64,000 bases of DNA, from NCBI RefSeq assembly GCF_000981445.1, contig NC_027218.1:434001-498000 (forward strand), in the 5' to 3' direction. Source of the stretch: Babesia bigemina (Eukaryota). A program made the position numbers and the translations under genes. Positions 1 to 10,683 of this stretch are shown here, one piece after another; position 1 is the stretch's first letter, and every line of letters begins with the position of its first letter. A model generated the notes under the pieces. That model saw only the letters and a list, made by a program, of their open reading frames with translations. It was not told the DNA's origin and did not search any database.

Positions 1-63
1 TTGTCAATCGGCCCCCAGAGTTCACATGATCCCCAGCACCTGAGAACAAGCGCCATCGGAAAC

Positions 64-803
64 TCAAGCCGTCTTCTTCGACGCTGCTTTGATCTCGTTG
101 GACAGCCGGACCATGCTGTTGTGGTACCACTCCTCGTCGAGCTTCCCGTCCTCGAAGAACGTTTCGCTCAGGGGGACTCGGTATGTAGCGATATGTTTGG
201 GGCTATCGGAGAAGGCGTACTCTGCGTGCAGTTGCTGGACGCCCGGTGCGAGACTTACTGATATCGTACGTGCCTTCGCACCAATTGACGCCGCACCAAA
301 TATACACCTTGAGGTTATCCTGCACACTCGTGACGCAATTAATGATTCCGCCTTACTGTAACGAGCAGACGATACGCTGTGCCGCGTAGCACGACCTTGT
401 CATAGAACATCGTGAAGGTGAGGAGGGTGAAGAAGGCACCCTGCAACGGCTGATAAAGGCGTGTATTCCACTTACCACAGCCACTTTTAGGAGGTGCTTG
501 TTCTTCTCCACAGTAATGAAGGCGCCGCTGTACGCTCCGATGCCGCAGAGGAGCAAGTAAAGTACGATACGAGTGTAAGACACGAAGACGTCCTCCTTGA
601 ATCCCAGCTTGGTCAATTCCTGCACGCAAATACGCCATCGGCTGTTTTAAACCACCTCCAGCGTGACGCCGTGCAGAATCTTTGAGATCTCTTGCGTGCA
701 ATACAAATCGGAGAGTTGCGCTGCAACGTGTTAGGCATCGGCGTCCGAACTTACGTGTATCGCCTGAGCCCTTCTGGGCCGGAGCCTGTACTTTGCGCGC
801 CAT
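64..803 (-). CDS. SPCS2: Signal peptidase complex subunit 2 (SPC25/SPCS2), spliced
   Basis: ATG at 803. Removing about five short GT-AG introns (first 721-754) gives MARKVQ...ELTKLGFKED, two hydrophobic segments (RIVLYLLLCGIGAYSG; GAFFTLLTFTMFY) and the C-terminal FFEDGKL motif typical of SPC25. Confidence 0.75.
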
Positions 804-1042
804 TATATTGAGGAAGATAGAACTACGGTGGCTGCGGATGCTTTGGCCCCCTACACATGGGACGAAGTGCCGCTGTGTACGGATGATCGCAACCTTCCTT
901 CGCGTCGCGTCCACCCGATGTGGATACTTATTTCCGCTATATATCCTTAATATTCCGGGGGCGTCTTAGAAGATGCCTAGCGGAATCGTTGTGCGACGTC
1001 GCTGGAGCCTAGACTGATCCTCGGCAGCGCTCGAGAGGCGCA

Positions 1043-1989
1043 ATGGGTGGAGTCATTTCCCGGTGCCGCAGGGAACGCGCCAGCACAAATGTGACGTCGC
1101 AGATAGTACAACTGAAGGGCCAGAGGGGTTTGTCTACCACTGAGGGCGATGAATATGCGCAGATGTCTTGGAGGAGCACCGCGCCTCCCTGGCGCATCGC
1201 CTGGCGGAGCTTGAGGAGACAACTCGGAACCACGTGCGAACTGGGGAAAGGGACAAAGCGTTGATGTGCCTTCGCAAAAAGGCCCTGATCAACGATCAGT
1301 TGTCAAAGGTGGACACTTACCTCTACCAGGTGCTGCAGGTGATTTCGGATACGGAGATGGCCCAGGTAAGCCTACTCCAGTCTATTACTCTAGCGACTGG
1401 CTTGCGTGCAATTGCGTGGCTCATTCTAACGCGCAAACAACTGTCGTCTCGCACGGCGCGTGACGGTAATGCCACCGAATAGTGCGTCCCCTCGTGCTGC
1501 TGGCATGAGACATCGAAGGAGCCATTACAACGCCGTGCTGCCTGTTACGAACACAGAGCACAACAGATTGCGTGTCGTGCGGGGTATATTGCTGTGCAGG
1601 TCAACTTCGATGTGTATAAGCACCTCAAGATAGGCACCGAGCTAGTGGCCAAGATATCGCAAGACATGAAACTCAACGACATTGAGGAGCTTATGGAACT
1701 CAAGCAGCGGTGCAACGATGATATGGTGGAAGCTGGTCAGATACTAGCCCAGGGACTCGCCGATGTGGACGAATCGGAGCTGCTGCGGGAGCTTGATACG
1801 CTATGCGGTGCGGCCGCATCTCCGGCGCCAGAAGCAGTAGCTTTAACACCTACCGACGTGCGAGAGGCGACTAAGGAAGATGCGCAGTCATCATCGGAGC
1901 CTGCGCATACACTCACTACCAATCTGCCGGAAAAGCTGCCCGACGCACCTCGTGCGGAGCCTGCGCAGAAAGTTGCGATTCCGTCCTAA
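1043..1989 (+). CDS. VPS20: Snf7-family ESCRT-III protein, VPS20/CHMP6-like, 2 introns
   Basis: MGG start, QLKGQRD, DKALMCLRKK..., then a second intron (1366-1599) joining to VNFDVYKHLKIG...IEELM...VDESELLREL. This is a Snf7 coiled-coil pattern with an N-terminal Gly. Confidence 0.8.
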
Positions 1990-2292
1990 TTTGTACATCA
2001 CACCATTAGCGATTTCTATTTAAGACCACAACAACTAAATGCAGTATACTTCCACCCTGCGGGAGCGACGATTATAACTCCACGTGCATATAAATAGGGC
2101 ATGTCGTGAAAGAACGACAGACATCCGATGTGCGCAACCGCTGACAGTTACGATACATTGCATTGAAACTTGTGACTCTTGCGCGTTTCAGTGTTTCGCG
2201 CCATAGTCAATGGGCTGCAGCGCTTCGTCAGCAGGCCCGTTCGTTGCTGCTGACTGGATGGAAGGAGATGCCCGTTCGAACAGCACAACGTG

Positions 2293-5200
2293 CTACAGCA
2301 ACGAGCATATGCGCTTAACCTTTTTCCCGAGCATCTCCTTTGCTCTTTCGATGATGGTGAAGGGTAGCTGGCGGTTCACCGCCTCCTCGGCGTCCTCCTC
2401 CGGCTTGGCCATCGCTCGAGCTGTCAGCTGCGTCTTGTTAATGAACTTGCGCAAACGCCGATCGTTGCGCTCTAGCAGCCGCCGTGTCATCTTGTCTTCC
2501 ATGATCTTGAGCGCCAGAATTTTCGCCCTGATGGGCTTGAGGTCCTTCAAGGGCGGGCATCTTCGGTCGTCGTCCTTCATGGGCGCGTGGGCGCTGAACC
2601 TCCGCAGACGCCGGTTACGGTCAGCTGTTGAGATGATCCGCTGCTTCAGCCGAATCGCCCGGTTGTAGCGTTTCATGAGTCGCAGCCGCCTGACCAGGAT
2701 GCGTCTGCGCTTGCATATGCGCCTGCGCCGCAGCACGATCTTCTTAAGCGAGCTGTCGTACATCTCCCGCACGTTGGTCTTGAACTCCTCCAGGTACTGG
2801 TCCATGTTCGCGTAGTCATACGTGCCCTCTATTTCTTTCTGCCGGATGAGCTTGGCCAGCTTGAAGTAGCCGCCGGCCTGTGTGAGGTGGCGTAATCTGC
2901 CGCTGCGTTGGTTGTAATCCTTCTTGTGGCGGCTTAGGTTGGATATGGGGAAGAATGGCATGCGAACGCTGCGCTCTATCGCCATAGCCAGGTTGCGGTC
3001 ACGCTTCTTCACGAGGCTGATGGCGTAGCCCCTGGGGGCGATGCCGTCGTTGTTTATCATCCTGCCGACGCGCCCGCACCGCTTGAGATAGTCCATGCTG
3101 TTCTTGGGGAAGTCGAACATGATCACGGCATCCGCGTTGAAGTCGAGTCCGCGGCTGGCCAGGTCCGAGCAGACGAGTATGCCGCTGGCACTATTGTTGA
3201 AGTCCTCGTAGTACTGCCTGCGCCTCATCAGGGGAATCTTGCCATGCAGACTAGTAGCCGGCAGCCCAGCGTCCCGAAGGATGTACTCCACTGCACGGCA
3301 GCTTGGGATGCTGTTGCAAAATACCACGACCTTAGAGCAACGGCGAGCGCTGTCGTATTTGAGGAGATTAACCAGTTCGCGAGCCTTGTCTTCGCCCTTG
3401 AGATATCGAAACTCGTGAGACACACCGCGGTTCGGACGATCCACCCAAGCTTTGTCAACCAGTTGGTGGCACCCCGTAAGCCTCTCAAGGTACTTGGCAT
3501 TCCTCTCAGGGGTGCTGTTCTGGACACCCCTCATGTTCGGAACCTTTGCAAGCGCCCGTTGGACCTTTTCGAAATGCAGGAGGTACTTATCCGATGCAGC
3601 CACCTGCACCAGCCTGTAGGGCTGCTTGATGTAATCGAGAACCTTTGCGATATCTGGCCAGAAACCCTCGTTGAGGAGGGTGTCGGCTTCGTCTAGCACT
3701 AGAAACTGCAGTTTGTGCAACCGTACGTGCTTTATCATTTTCAGCAGCCGCTCCGGTGTAGCGACCACAATGTCCACGAGGCGCTTCATGTGGTCCCGTT
3801 GCCGGCCCTTGTAGCGCCCTCCAGCCACTCCTTCGCTGCTGATTTTAACGGTGTGGCCTAACCCCTTTATAACGGACAGGGTCTGGTCGGCAAGCTCCCG
3901 TGAAGGAACTAAGATGAGCGCCCTAGGCGCATTCGGGTGGCGGAGTTTAAGCTTCTCATGTTCCTTTAGTTTTTGTATTACGGGCAGTAGGTACGCTAGG
4001 GTTTTGCCGCTGGCGGCGTTCGACGCCAATGCGACATCTCCGCTGTCCTGTAACATGTGCTTGATGGCCATGCTCTGGATTTCTGTGGGTTGTATCTCCA
4101 ACCCAGGCTGCTCAGAACGACCGACGCTATCCAGAAGGCATTTGCGAATCCAGCCAACTGCAGCGGAAGCCACATCCGAATTAAGCCCCAGTTGTTGCCA
4201 CGGGTTCACATGTGGCTCCACGCCATCCTGAGATACGCGGTTACGCAACAGCTTGTAATTCGGCATCGCGTCTGGGAACTGCCACGAGAGAGCCTTGGGG
4301 TCTGGCATCCGCTTGGGAAATATCCCGACGCCGTAGCTGGGTTCAACTACTCCTTTTTCATCGTGCTCCACACCCACGCCCGTCGGTATGGCAGTTTCAG
4401 CATTAATGCCGCCTCGTGACGCAAACAAACGAAATCCACATCTGGCCCTCCCATTACCCGATCTATATGCATGCTGCTGGCCTGTTTGCGCCACGTGTAC
4501 TGGAAGCGAATACAGGTTAAAGGGCCTCGTTCCTTTACCGCTGGTATCGTAATGTATGATTTCACAATTTTCAGACGTTTCCATGCGTTTGAGGACTTGA
4601 TCACCCAGTCTCTTTAGTTCAGAGTCGGTCATCAAGTTGGGGTAGTCGCTGGAGAATGTGGTGTCTAGAAACGGTGCGAGGTCCTCGCCTTCCAACAGGT
4701 TCAGATAATGCTCTCTCTCCGTTATAGTTGTACCGGACGCTTCGGTATCGTATCCCGGACCATCGCTGTCATATTTGCATTCCGTGAAGGTAGCTTCGTT
4801 TTCCGCTCCCCAATCAGGCTCCGTCTGCGTTCGCGGCTGCTGCGAGCCAGCGGTTGCCTCTTCTTCCGTTCGCTGTAGCAGTTCACACAACCTCACATAA
4901 ACATCATCGTCGTTCACATTTTCTTCTAGTCTGTCCAGGAGACAATGAGAGCTAAGTTTGTATATATCTTCCGGTATTCTAAGTTCCTCGTGCATCTTTG
5001 AGCTTTCGAGGACCTTTCCATATAGTTCTTCGAGTTCGCTGTCTGTAGCGCGCTTGATGACCACCGCAAGCTTGTACTTTCGAATAGCTTCTTTGGTGGC
5101 GTCAGTTTCGTCTTGTGGAGGCAATTCGATATCTCGATCCTTGAGTATTTCGTAAACTGCGTCGTAGTTTGACAGGTGCATTAATATCGCCTCAGTGACA

Positions 5201-7287
5201 AGTCTGGAACGCCTAGTGTTCAGCATTAGGCACTTATTGCGTTCGCCGCCCAAAGTTGCATCCACGATTTTGCTCTTTTTACTGTCTATGTAGCTTGCGA
5301 TCGGCTTCAGCTCATCGGTTGTAAACACCATCGACGCAACATTATCCACCCTCTCTCCATTTGTCTGTATGTGACCTTTGATCATTGCAACTTGACTATC
5401 ATCATAATCGTCGTTGTCATCGTCATCTTCATCGTCACCGCCATCATCATCATCATCATCTACCGCAGTTGACGGTTTGTTACCAGGAATGTCAAAGAAA
5501 TCCTCACGTTGACATTCCTTAGCTGAGGTACTGTACGACATGGACTGTTCTGATTGAGACGGTGAGGTCTCGCAGGAACTACTGCCAATTTCGTCATATG
5601 GAGTTCGGCTAACAGACGACTCATCCCATATGTGGGAGTTAGAACGTATCTCATCATCATCCAGCTGGACGCCGACGTCCACCTTTGAGATATCTGGGTT
5701 GATTCGCATAATCGCAACGAAGCACAGCTTGGCAACGGTTTTGAATGGAAGCAAGGTATACTGTGCGAAATCCTGATGCGTTTCTATAGGCCTGAATTCC
5801 GGGAGAGCGAGCAGAACGGCGGACAGCAGCGCCATGAGGTCGTGCTTTTCATATGACAGCAGGAACTTGAGCAGTCTGAGAGACGATATCCCTGGCAAGT
5901 ACCCGTAAATGTCGGATACACTGGCCAAATTACCACGGTAGAAGTCGATCAACATGTTAAACGCACGCCTTATTCCCTCCACGGTCACGTGGTCACCAAT
6001 CTGTCCGATTCCAGGCATCTTTTCCGACGTATACATCCTCGCTGCTTGCGCGAACGGCATATTTCCTGGAGCCCCGCGGAATGTTTCGTTGAACCTCTTC
6101 AGGTGGTTAGTGACCACCTCGAGTGAACGTCTCATCTGACCGTGGTACTGAGTCTCCCTTAGCTGCAGCTTCCTATGTTTCAGGTTTTCCGCATGCGTTT
6201 TTTGCCTCGTATTATCTCTGTAATGTTCCAACCACCCAGCAAGGGTGTTCATGCGAATTTCCTCTTTCCGCGCCTTCTCTCCGGCAAACTCACGCGCCAT
6301 CCGCTCGAGGTCGTCCGGAGAGTTTATGATGTCGTCGCTTGGTCGTGGCTTCGGACCATCCGATATGGCCTCGTGCCCCCAAAGCACGCGCAACATAACT
6401 GACTGGAACACCGAAAGCAGCGAATGCCGGTCCAGGCGTTTAAGTGAATTTCTCGAACGTTGTTTGACATAGTCGGTGGAGAGGTAGTTCTTGTGTAGCC
6501 TGATGATGTCTATCAGTTCGTCATCCGAAAGCTGCTTCAAGTCGACCGCCAACTTGTGATACTCGGCGTCATGCGCTCCCTGGTTCAGCACCCACGGGCA
6601 GCACAGCCAGTTGACGTTGCCGTCGAGGAACGCACCTCGCCCCCAAAGGTATCGGTAGAGTTCATGCCTCACCTTGAGCGGGCAGAACAGGATCACGTAT
6701 GACGCCGCCAGATCTGCCGAATAGAGCACCTGTAGCTCCCGGTCTAGCGCGGTCTTGGGGTCCATGACCTCCACCAGTGTGAAGCTCTTCGATAGTGGCG
6801 CCATGAACTCTCCGAGGATGCGTTGAGCGCATTTCGGCACTGACAACGCCGAAGCTTGGCACGCCTCCACAGCATCTTCCAAACGTTGCCTTATTTCGGC
6901 ATCGAACGATTCCCCGAGGTACCCAACGAAGTGACTCAGGGCGGATTGCTGCATGTCGGAGGACGGTACCCCTGCATCGAGCAGAGGCCGCCCCTGCCGC
7001 AGCTTCTGCGCCACCTGGAAGGTGAACACTGCGGAGAGGTACTCATTTTTGGGGACTGGTTGCAGCTGCAAGCTTCCGCCAGAATGCGCAGCCGTGCTCA
7101 GCAGGCCCAGCTGCAGCCATTGTCGGTGCGGCGGCCGTGTAACAAAGGATAGGCGATTCTGAGACAAGTCAAAACAAAGGACTAGGTTGACTACCTGATA
7201 TTGTACGCCACACAATCTGGCGTCGCAAGCAATGAAGGCTGAGAAGAGAGCAAGCAGCAAGGTCACAAGGGCCCCGGCTTCGCTCAT
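2293..7287 (-). CDS. DEAD-box RNA helicase with N-terminal signal peptide and ~1000-aa extension (possibly apicoplast-targeted)
   Basis: Q motif PTEIQ, AASGKT, PSRELA, TPERL, LDEAD, VVFC, SRGLD, RCGRVGR. Hydrophobic N-terminus LVTLLLALFSAFIAC and an Arg/Lys-rich C-terminal tail. Confidence 0.88.
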   Translation of the reverse strand: MSEAGALVTLLLALFSAFIACDARLCGVQYQVVNLVLCFDLSQNRLSFVTRPPHRQWLQLGLLSTAAHSGGSLQLQPVPKNEYLSAVFTFQVAQKLRQGRPLLDAGVPSSDMQQSALSHFVGYLGESFDAEIRQRLEDAVEACQASALSVPKCAQRILGEFMAPLSKSFTLVEVMDPKTALDRELQVLYSADLAASYVILFCPLKVRHELYRYLWGRGAFLDGNVNWLCCPWVLNQGAHDAEYHKLAVDLKQLSDDELIDIIRLHKNYLSTDYVKQRSRNSLKRLDRHSLLSVFQSVMLRVLWGHEAISDGPKPRPSDDIINSPDDLERMAREFAGEKARKEEIRMNTLAGWLEHYRDNTRQKTHAENLKHRKLQLRETQYHGQMRRSLEVVTNHLKRFNETFRGAPGNMPFAQAARMYTSEKMPGIGQIGDHVTVEGIRRAFNMLIDFYRGNLASVSDIYGYLPGISSLRLLKFLLSYEKHDLMALLSAVLLALPEFRPIETHQDFAQYTLLPFKTVAKLCFVAIMRINPDISKVDVGVQLDDDEIRSNSHIWDESSVSRTPYDEIGSSSCETSPSQSEQSMSYSTSAKECQREDFFDIPGNKPSTAVDDDDDDGGDDEDDDDNDDYDDSQVAMIKGHIQTNGERVDNVASMVFTTDELKPIASYIDSKKSKIVDATLGGERNKCLMLNTRRSRLVTEAILMHLSNYDAVYEILKDRDIELPPQDETDATKEAIRKYKLAVVIKRATDSELEELYGKVLESSKMHEELRIPEDIYKLSSHCLLDRLEENVNDDDVYVRLCELLQRTEEEATAGSQQPRTQTEPDWGAENEATFTECKYDSDGPGYDTEASGTTITEREHYLNLLEGEDLAPFLDTTFSSDYPNLMTDSELKRLGDQVLKRMETSENCEIIHYDTSGKGTRPFNLYSLPVHVAQTGQQHAYRSGNGRARCGFRLFASRGGINAETAIPTGVGVEHDEKGVVEPSYGVGIFPKRMPDPKALSWQFPDAMPNYKLLRNRVSQDGVEPHVNPWQQLGLNSDVASAAVGWIRKCLLDSVGRSEQPGLEIQPTEIQSMAIKHMLQDSGDVALASNAASGKTLAYLLPVIQKLKEHEKLKLRHPNAPRALILVPSRELADQTLSVIKGLGHTVKISSEGVAGGRYKGRQRDHMKRLVDIVVATPERLLKMIKHVRLHKLQFLVLDEADTLLNEGFWPDIAKVLDYIKQPYRLVQVAASDKYLLHFEKVQRALAKVPNMRGVQNSTPERNAKYLERLTGCHQLVDKAWVDRPNRGVSHEFRYLKGEDKARELVNLLKYDSARRCSKVVVFCNSIPSCRAVEYILRDAGLPATSLHGKIPLMRRRQYYEDFNNSASGILVCSDLASRGLDFNADAVIMFDFPKNSMDYLKRCGRVGRMINNDGIAPRGYAISLVKKRDRNLAMAIERSVRMPFFPISNLSRHKKDYNQRSGRLRHLTQAGGYFKLAKLIRQKEIEGTYDYANMDQYLEEFKTNVREMYDSSLKKIVLRRRRICKRRRILVRRLRLMKRYNRAIRLKQRIISTADRNRRLRRFSAHAPMKDDDRRCPPLKDLKPIRAKILALKIMEDKMTRRLLERNDRRLRKFINKTQLTARAMAKPEEDAEEAVNRQLPFTIIERAKEMLGKKVKRICSLL
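5395..5462. repeat. Imperfect (TCA/TCG)n trinucleotide tract encoding poly-Asp in the helicase
   Basis: catcatcatcatc... read on the minus strand as DDDDDDGGDDEDDDDNDDYDD. Confidence 0.7.
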
Positions 7288-7518
7288 TCGTGCTGCGCGA
7301 GGGGCGCTGGCGGTCCCATTTTATTGCGATGCTGAATACAGGTGTATCCTCTTTGGGTGTGTAACAACGTTCACTTTTATCTGTAGAATCTTCGGCTAAA
7401 ACGTATGCTTGGTGTATTTTTAAGCACGTCTTCTCAGCTCCAGAAGTGGGCAATGTGCCCGCCTTCCGTACACATTTAGTTCATATCTTGATCATACACC
7501 AGCTGCAAATAGTCAGAG

Positions 7519-10495
7519 ATGTCAACCTCGTCGGCCGGCGGCGGCACGGCAGTGCCCTTTGGTGGCACAGTCCCGGGAGACATCGCGATGCTGGAGATGG
7601 TGAACGTGAAGAAGCTGCTGCAATCACGATGCGTCGAGATAGAGGAGCTGTTCACGACACTGAAGCACGGTGATAAGCAGGATCGAGTCTTCCAGAGGTT
7701 GCCATTCGCGCTCAGGCGGCGAGCCATGTCTCATAATCCGTTCCGGGTCCCCAAGAGGCTCAGGCTCCACCTCGCTAGAGAGATGGCGAAGAGCATGCCA
7801 AAATGCGCAAAGCGACTCAGGAAGGATGCCCGCAGGCGCTTGAACCGACTCGAGGAGTATCGCACTCGATGCGAGCGTAACAACTGGTTGGAGACTCACA
7901 TGTACCACGCGAAGCGTTTCAAGATGGAGAGGCTTTGGGGCTACCGCATCGCGATTCGAACCACCCAAAAGTGCCGGCGCCGGTGCTTACGCAACTCGTC
8001 AAGGCGCTGCGTCATTCATGACCTGTCTTACGTGCTGGTGGTGAGCGTTTCAGGTTGCATGTCTGCTCTCCGACGTGCTTTTAAAAACATGTTTGCGGAT
8101 TCGTCCATCATGTTCCAAAGTCGATTGATTCGTGGCGAATACAGGTCCCAGGCCTTCGCGTATACCAATACGGGGGACAACTATCGCATGATTTGCCCTG
8201 TCCAATTTGTGTGGATCACGCCTTCGGCAACGGCAGCGGTATCGGTATCGGTATCGGATCAAGGAGGCGAATATCGTGAAGTATGGTTCTTCGTGCACCC
8301 AGCTTCTATAGATGAATTCATGGAAACAGCTAAAACCAGCGATGCTGAGGTGGCGTGCCGGTTGGTCAAGGATCTCTGCACTTTCGAAGTCTTGGGCCCC
8401 CTTTCCGCTTTGCTGCTGCGTAGAACGTTGAAGGTCGACGGGTGTCTTACAACGGGTAATTCTCAGTGGACGCATTTGGACCCGGGGAATTGCGATATAC
8501 CGCCATCATACATTTTACCTCTGAGGGTGATGCCCCCAGTGGTACACGGTAACTCCCGGCCCTCGTTCAAATTCGAAACCATGAGAGGCCAAAATTTTAA
8601 ATCGCAGCAGTTTGCGGCAGCAGCAGTTTGCGCAGATGAGCGCAGCCATTTAACAACGTTCAAGAAGCCCGAAGATTTCGCTATCGTCACCAAGGTGAAT
8701 GTTCCCCGCCTGCGCCGACGAAACTACGGGCAGCTGGTGTCGAAGCTGCTTGATACACTCAGCGTACGGTACCCATCCGAGAGCCCTGCGTTAACGTCAG
8801 ATCCAACCGCTTCGTCGACTGCGAACGCGGACGTCACTATGGACGCTCATGCAGATACTGGGCACACTAATGTAGCATCATCGCAGGACCACGTGTCTGA
8901 TATCAAGAAGCCGAGCAAAACGACCCAAGCGGCGCGCACTGACTACGACGACGCGAGCTCCGTACCAATATGGATTATCAGGAGGGGCGACTCCATCGGG
9001 GGGTTCGATGTTGTCATGCCAGCGGGTACCATATCTCGTAAGCTGTGGATCCTGCTTAACCGCTACGGCGCGTTGGGAATAGGCCTTCAAGAGCGCGAGA
9101 TGTTGTACGCCCAACACGGGCAGTGTATGTTTCCGCAGGATTACCCCGAAACGTTGGCTGGGCACCAACTCATGGAAGCACAGCAGGCGTAAGTTGCAGT
9201 CCGTTAATGTAATGATCGATTAGGGAGATGATTCGAAAGTATCTGAGTAGGCCGGCTAACAAACGACCCAATTATTCGCTGATTGGTGTGGATAAACCGT
9301 TTGGCTTGCCGAACTTCGGAGCTGCTGATGTGGAGGTGTGCCACCCGTCTGATGGCTGTGCTGCAGCGCCTGCTAGCAAGGATAGTACTCGTGCGTCTAA
9401 CGCTGTTTATATGCAAGAAAGGCGCGCAAATGTAAAGGGTGCTTCCAACGCAGCTGCTGCAACAAATGGCAGGGTTGCGTTGGCGAAGGATGACAAAAGC
9501 TACCAGGACGTACATATGACGACGCCGTCAAATGAAGCTCTTGTACCCTACCGGCACGATCTGCCTGAAGAGTGGATTCCGAGGGAGTTTGTAGGACGGC
9601 TAGAAGGCAGCTACATGCAGTCAAGGCATTTGTTGCTGAGTTGTATTACTGCTGGGCTGCACAGGGATGATGTTGATGAGGACCAGTCGCTGCAGGTGTT
9701 GAGGGTTAATTGTTTCCCTTATAGTGCATCCAATCAACATCTAAAGCATTTACTAGACACGTGCGTATTTTCCGGGCACTGCAGTACACCGCCGATAGAT
9801 AGCCACCTGCTGCTATCCTGCTGCGTCAAGGTTGCTGGTAGGGGTTCCATATGCGCTGGCAGTCGTATATACCTGCCTACCCAACTTGACTTGGATGCTA
9901 ACCATCAGTTTGTCGGCATGGTTGTGTTAGGCAGGTTTCCCTCCCCCGTCTCACGGTGTATTGGTGGGAACGATTCCGCATCGAAGCTGACGCCAATTTC
10001 GGCGCCACTCAGGGGCCGGGATTTTAAGCCCCCGGAAGCCTTGAAAGAGCCCCCGCATGACGAATACAAGCTGGTGAATCTTAAAAGGCTCTTTGTATGT
10101 AGTGGGAGGCGCAGGAGGGTGGGCATCGAAACTGCAGTTTCGGGTTTGCGAGAGCTGGACACGTGCCGTAGAAAGCCTTTACGAGCCTGCATCGGCGCAG
10201 TAACATCGCGAGGTACGTTATTGTACACCTTTCGCTATTAAAGCGCAGGCTTTTCCCACAAAGGAAATTGCATCGTCCAATTGCGCGCATTCGTCGAGCT
10301 AATGCGTTCTAGCATAGCTCCAAAGCAGAGGACCGATGCGAATATAGAGCTTCTGCAGAGCCTAAGGCTGTTTGTCTGGCTGCGCAACAACAACAGCGCC
10401 GACTATGTGCCTGGTGAGTGGTCGGAACGGCTCAATCACGTTGCGCAGGAATCCTGTCCGTTGCATTCCACGATAATGCAGGAAGCTTCGCATAA
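7519..10495 (+). CDS. POP1: RNase P/MRP protein subunit POP1, 3 introns
   Basis: FQRLP..LRRRAMSHNP, WLETHMYHAKRFKM..WGY, HDLSY, FPQDYP, RP..KRPNY and a C-terminal VWLRN. Intron 9189-9223 joins ORFs 7519 and 9228; two further short introns near 10213 and 10414. Confidence 0.92.
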
Positions 10496-10683
10496 TACAC
10501 CTTACACAGAATAAAGTTTAATTCGAACAACGCTGTATAGCTTTGTGTAATGTGCGTGTCTTGCCACGATTTGAGGGGGTGGGTTGAGAGCACGCAACGC
10601 CTCCGGCCCGGGAGAGTCCTTTGTCGCTTTTTTAAGCGGTCGGGGCCCGGGATCATTGTTTCAGTTCGGATGTGCGGATAAAA

